Shown here: piece after piece, positions 60,756 through 64,000 of the stretch
Layout of the letters: each line of letters opens with the position of its first letter
How positions within the stretch are numbered: position 1 is the stretch's first letter
Source: Octopus sinensis
Taxonomy: Eukaryota
Direction: 5' to 3'
Length of the DNA stretch: 64,000 nt
Assembly: GCF_006345805.1 (NCBI RefSeq)
Contig: NC_043003.1
Coordinates: 80,352,001-80,416,000 of the forward strand
Program-made: the position numbers and the translations under genes
The notes under the pieces: model-generated
Seen by the model: only the letters and a program-made list of their open reading frames with translations
Told to the model about the DNA's origin: nothing
Database searches by the model: none

Positions 60756-63700
60756 GAATGTCTTCCGCAAATATAATGTTAGTGCTATTATTAATTTGAT
60801 GCCTGGCCATTTGTGAATTTTTGACTGTTACACACTCCGAGAGAGAGCCAGAGATAGATGCAAAATATTCAATGAACGAAAGAGGTTGTGATATGTTTAA
60901 GTCCAAGGATGTGACCTTAAATGCCAATTGTATCATATATCTGTTGAGGGCATAACACACGTTACAGCGCCTGCTAACTGCCAAAATATGTTAGTAAGGT
61001 ACTAACTTCAATTATTGCATGATGTTGCTAAAAGAACATACTTTGCCATCGTTAGAAAATACCACTCTCTGTTAGATGTAACAAATACATATGTCACTGA
61101 ATACATACACGCGAGCAATACAAATAATATTCATAGAACATTTGTATTAAAACGTCCACATGGTGAAAACCTGATATATTTGTTAGGGATAGAAAGAAAG
61201 CTTATATAGCGTAGGAGAATCCAGCTGCCCTTTGTGATCATTTTTTTTTCTAATTCATTGAATATCTATAGAAAAGGGCTAAAAATATACACCTTCCTAG
61301 CCTAGATAAATTCACATTTGTCACTATAATTGTTGTTGAACTATAATAATTGATATATATGAATAAACGTAGTTACGACAAGCTCGAAAAGCTAGGAAAG
61401 AGAAGTGATTAGCTAATGGGCGCTTTATGGATACAATCTATTACGAGAACTATAAAGATAAGGAAAAGTACACTCGATTTATTTATTTGTTTTGTTTAAA
61501 ATTCGGGTTTCAGTAATATAGATTTGTCTTTTTAGGAACCAGCTTTCTGCTCATAAAAGTAATTGATAACAGACACACCTACATATATATATATATATAT
61601 TAAATGTTACCTAATTATTGAAAGTGATTGTTGTGTAGGTAGTTTAAAAGAAAAAAGAAGCGGATATGTAACATATGAGTCCGTACATTAGAAAATAGTT
61701 ATATCATGCTGTGTTTACTGAAAGGGATTTTGAGAACAGCTGCATTCAGCAAAGATACCCACCTACTTGGCTGTTGTCAACAAAAGTTCATACTAACTTT
61801 GTCAACCTACTTCATGTGGAACCAACAAAGGAACTATATTCTCACAAAGCACACTTGAAATGATCATACGACTTCCTCAAATCATAGAGCGTCATTAGAG
61901 GATATAACGGACTATACTGTGTATTAGTAGACATAACGGAAAGAATGGTATTATTGTATTGTGTAGGTGTAGTTTTCTTTATCAGGATAAAACTGAAGAT
62001 ACACAACTGTGATACACTTGCAACTGAAAGGATTGGGATTGCTTCGTACACTTAAAATATTTTGAAACTATTTTTCTAAATGGAAAGATTAGCTGTGCTT
62101 CTCTATCGTTGTTGCACTAAGTACAACCAGGTCAAATAGTTGTACATTAAGACAAACAGAATCAGTGATATAATCCCAAACATCATTTTTCATTGGGAAA
62201 TGTCTATAATGTTAAAAACAATTAACTGTAAAAAATCTTAACCAGCAGATAAATGGGGCGAAATTCACAGAAAAGGAAGATAGTTCATAGTTAAACAATG
62301 AACAACAGAAATCGGCCTTCCAGGCTAAAAACGTTCACATCAATTACCATCTACTTATCAGCCTCTTTTATACCAGTGAATGACAGCTATCAAGATTTCA
62401 ACGAAATATATGATGATGAGAACAAACACAATGACAGACGATTCTAACACAAAATTTAGAAAGGTATGGTACCCGGATAATTTTTTTTTACCACTTGTCA
62501 TCTTTCATTTCCTTCACCTCTAATCGAGCAGTGGTACAATTATTTATCATATTTGGTATTAAAATATCAAACGATTTTCTCGCTTGATATCAGCAAGATT
62601 GAAAACACCCGCCCAGATAGTTTTTAACCTTATATGCTATCATCGAGGCAGCTTTTATAAAAGCAACAGAAACAGCAACATGAAAGGCATACAGCAACCA
62701 AATTCTCAAAGTGTGCATGTAAAATCCTGATTGATTGTAAAATCACTAACAAAGCACTTTGTTACCGAAAATTTCACTTCTAACACTAGAATTACCAGAA
62801 AGATCTACCACAACTAACTCTGGAATAGAAATACGCTCAGAACCAACAAAAGGTTTTGCATGATCATGCTGCAAGAAATTGGCATGCAACATTTCAAAGA
62901 ATTGCAATTGAAGATAAAACAAAAATGATAAAATAACTGTTTCGGGAAAAGATACACCAAACAGTATTGAATTGCAAAAATATCAATAATGTCCTTTATA
63001 TATAATTGGTGAAAGACAGTTCCCATTGAGTAGGCGCTGATCCAAAATGAAAAGTAGAACATTCTTTTCCGACATAATCTTAGACAATACACCATACGAG
63101 GTGGAGGAAATAATGCCCCAACGTGAGTACATTTAATATTTCTGGCATTAAATATATTCAGATTCTTCCTTATGGCGTGGAAAATTGAACACCGTGGTTT
63201 GGGTCTGCAACCAAATATGTATTAGTGTGGACGTCAGCTACTCAATAGTTTCCCCATCTCACCAAACTGCACTTCTTTTCCTAAAGATCTATATTACTCT
63301 CATTGTTATGTCAGTGGTTAGCCCTGATCATGACGACTGACCATCCTATGTTTCTATATAGTCATCAAATACATCGTCTGTATTGTAGATATACTTTGTA
63401 CAATTTGATCTGTTATCTCAGTATTAAACATTTTTAGTTAGCTGAAAATCTACACATTCTTTCCGAAGTTCTTATGCATTTCACCAAAAATTGAAATTTT
63501 TGTGGGGTTTTATTGCGTAGCTAAATGTTTCTCTATTGTTATAAAATTTGGAGACATCAGGATTCTATACTGTTGTTTGACCTCATACCAGCCCTGATCC
63601 AGTAGGCATTGGAATCACTTCACTCTATTTCTGAAACTGTTTCAAATATAATACGAGATGATTAACAGTCTAGTCGATGAAATACGTCATTCCTAATTTC

Positions 63701-64000
63701 GTAACGGTGCGATTTGAGGTAGTGTTGTTGATATTTCTAGCAGTGCAATCTATCAGATAGAGATTTCCCCGTTGGTGCAAGGAGGAAGAAGATTCTTCAA
63801 GACTATATTGATCTTTGTTGTTTTATGTTGTTGCAACTGCTGCTGAATGTTTTAAATATCGTTACAAGTGAATTGGTTAACATCCTATTACTTTTTATGC
63901 ATCTGTTGACCGTCAGATGGTGTGCTATATTCTTCAGTGAATGATGCAATTTATAATTTCCTCGGTTTTACAGCTTCTCTGTAAACACAATTTTCAGCTA

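Overview
AT-rich, microsatellite-dense animal DNA. The repeat families look like those of an octopus (coleoid cephalopod) genome; this is recalled from known repeats, not from a search. I found no convincing host protein-coding gene, rRNA, true tRNA or CRISPR array, so the window looks intergenic or deep-intronic. It is a graveyard of mobile elements: several R4/Dong-type (RT + restriction-like endonuclease) LINE fragments abutting (ATC)n/(AAT)n tracts, two Penelope-like GIY-YIG fragments, CR1, RTE and Tx1/L1 fragments, a full-length Tc1 with TIRs and TA target duplication, a mariner remnant, and about 20 tRNA-derived SINE copies from three families. The most interesting signals are: (1) type I hammerhead ribozyme motifs, one with a fully canonical core (17786-17870, minus) and another duplicated inside a 1-kb palindrome; (2) an ORF1-only (RRM-like + CCHC knuckle, no RT) retroelement whose 3' end appears four times around one (TA)n tract; (3) a circularly permuted R4/Dong element nested inside a second R4/Dong subfamily; (4) a SINE tail that resembles the 3' end of the local Tx1-like LINE.
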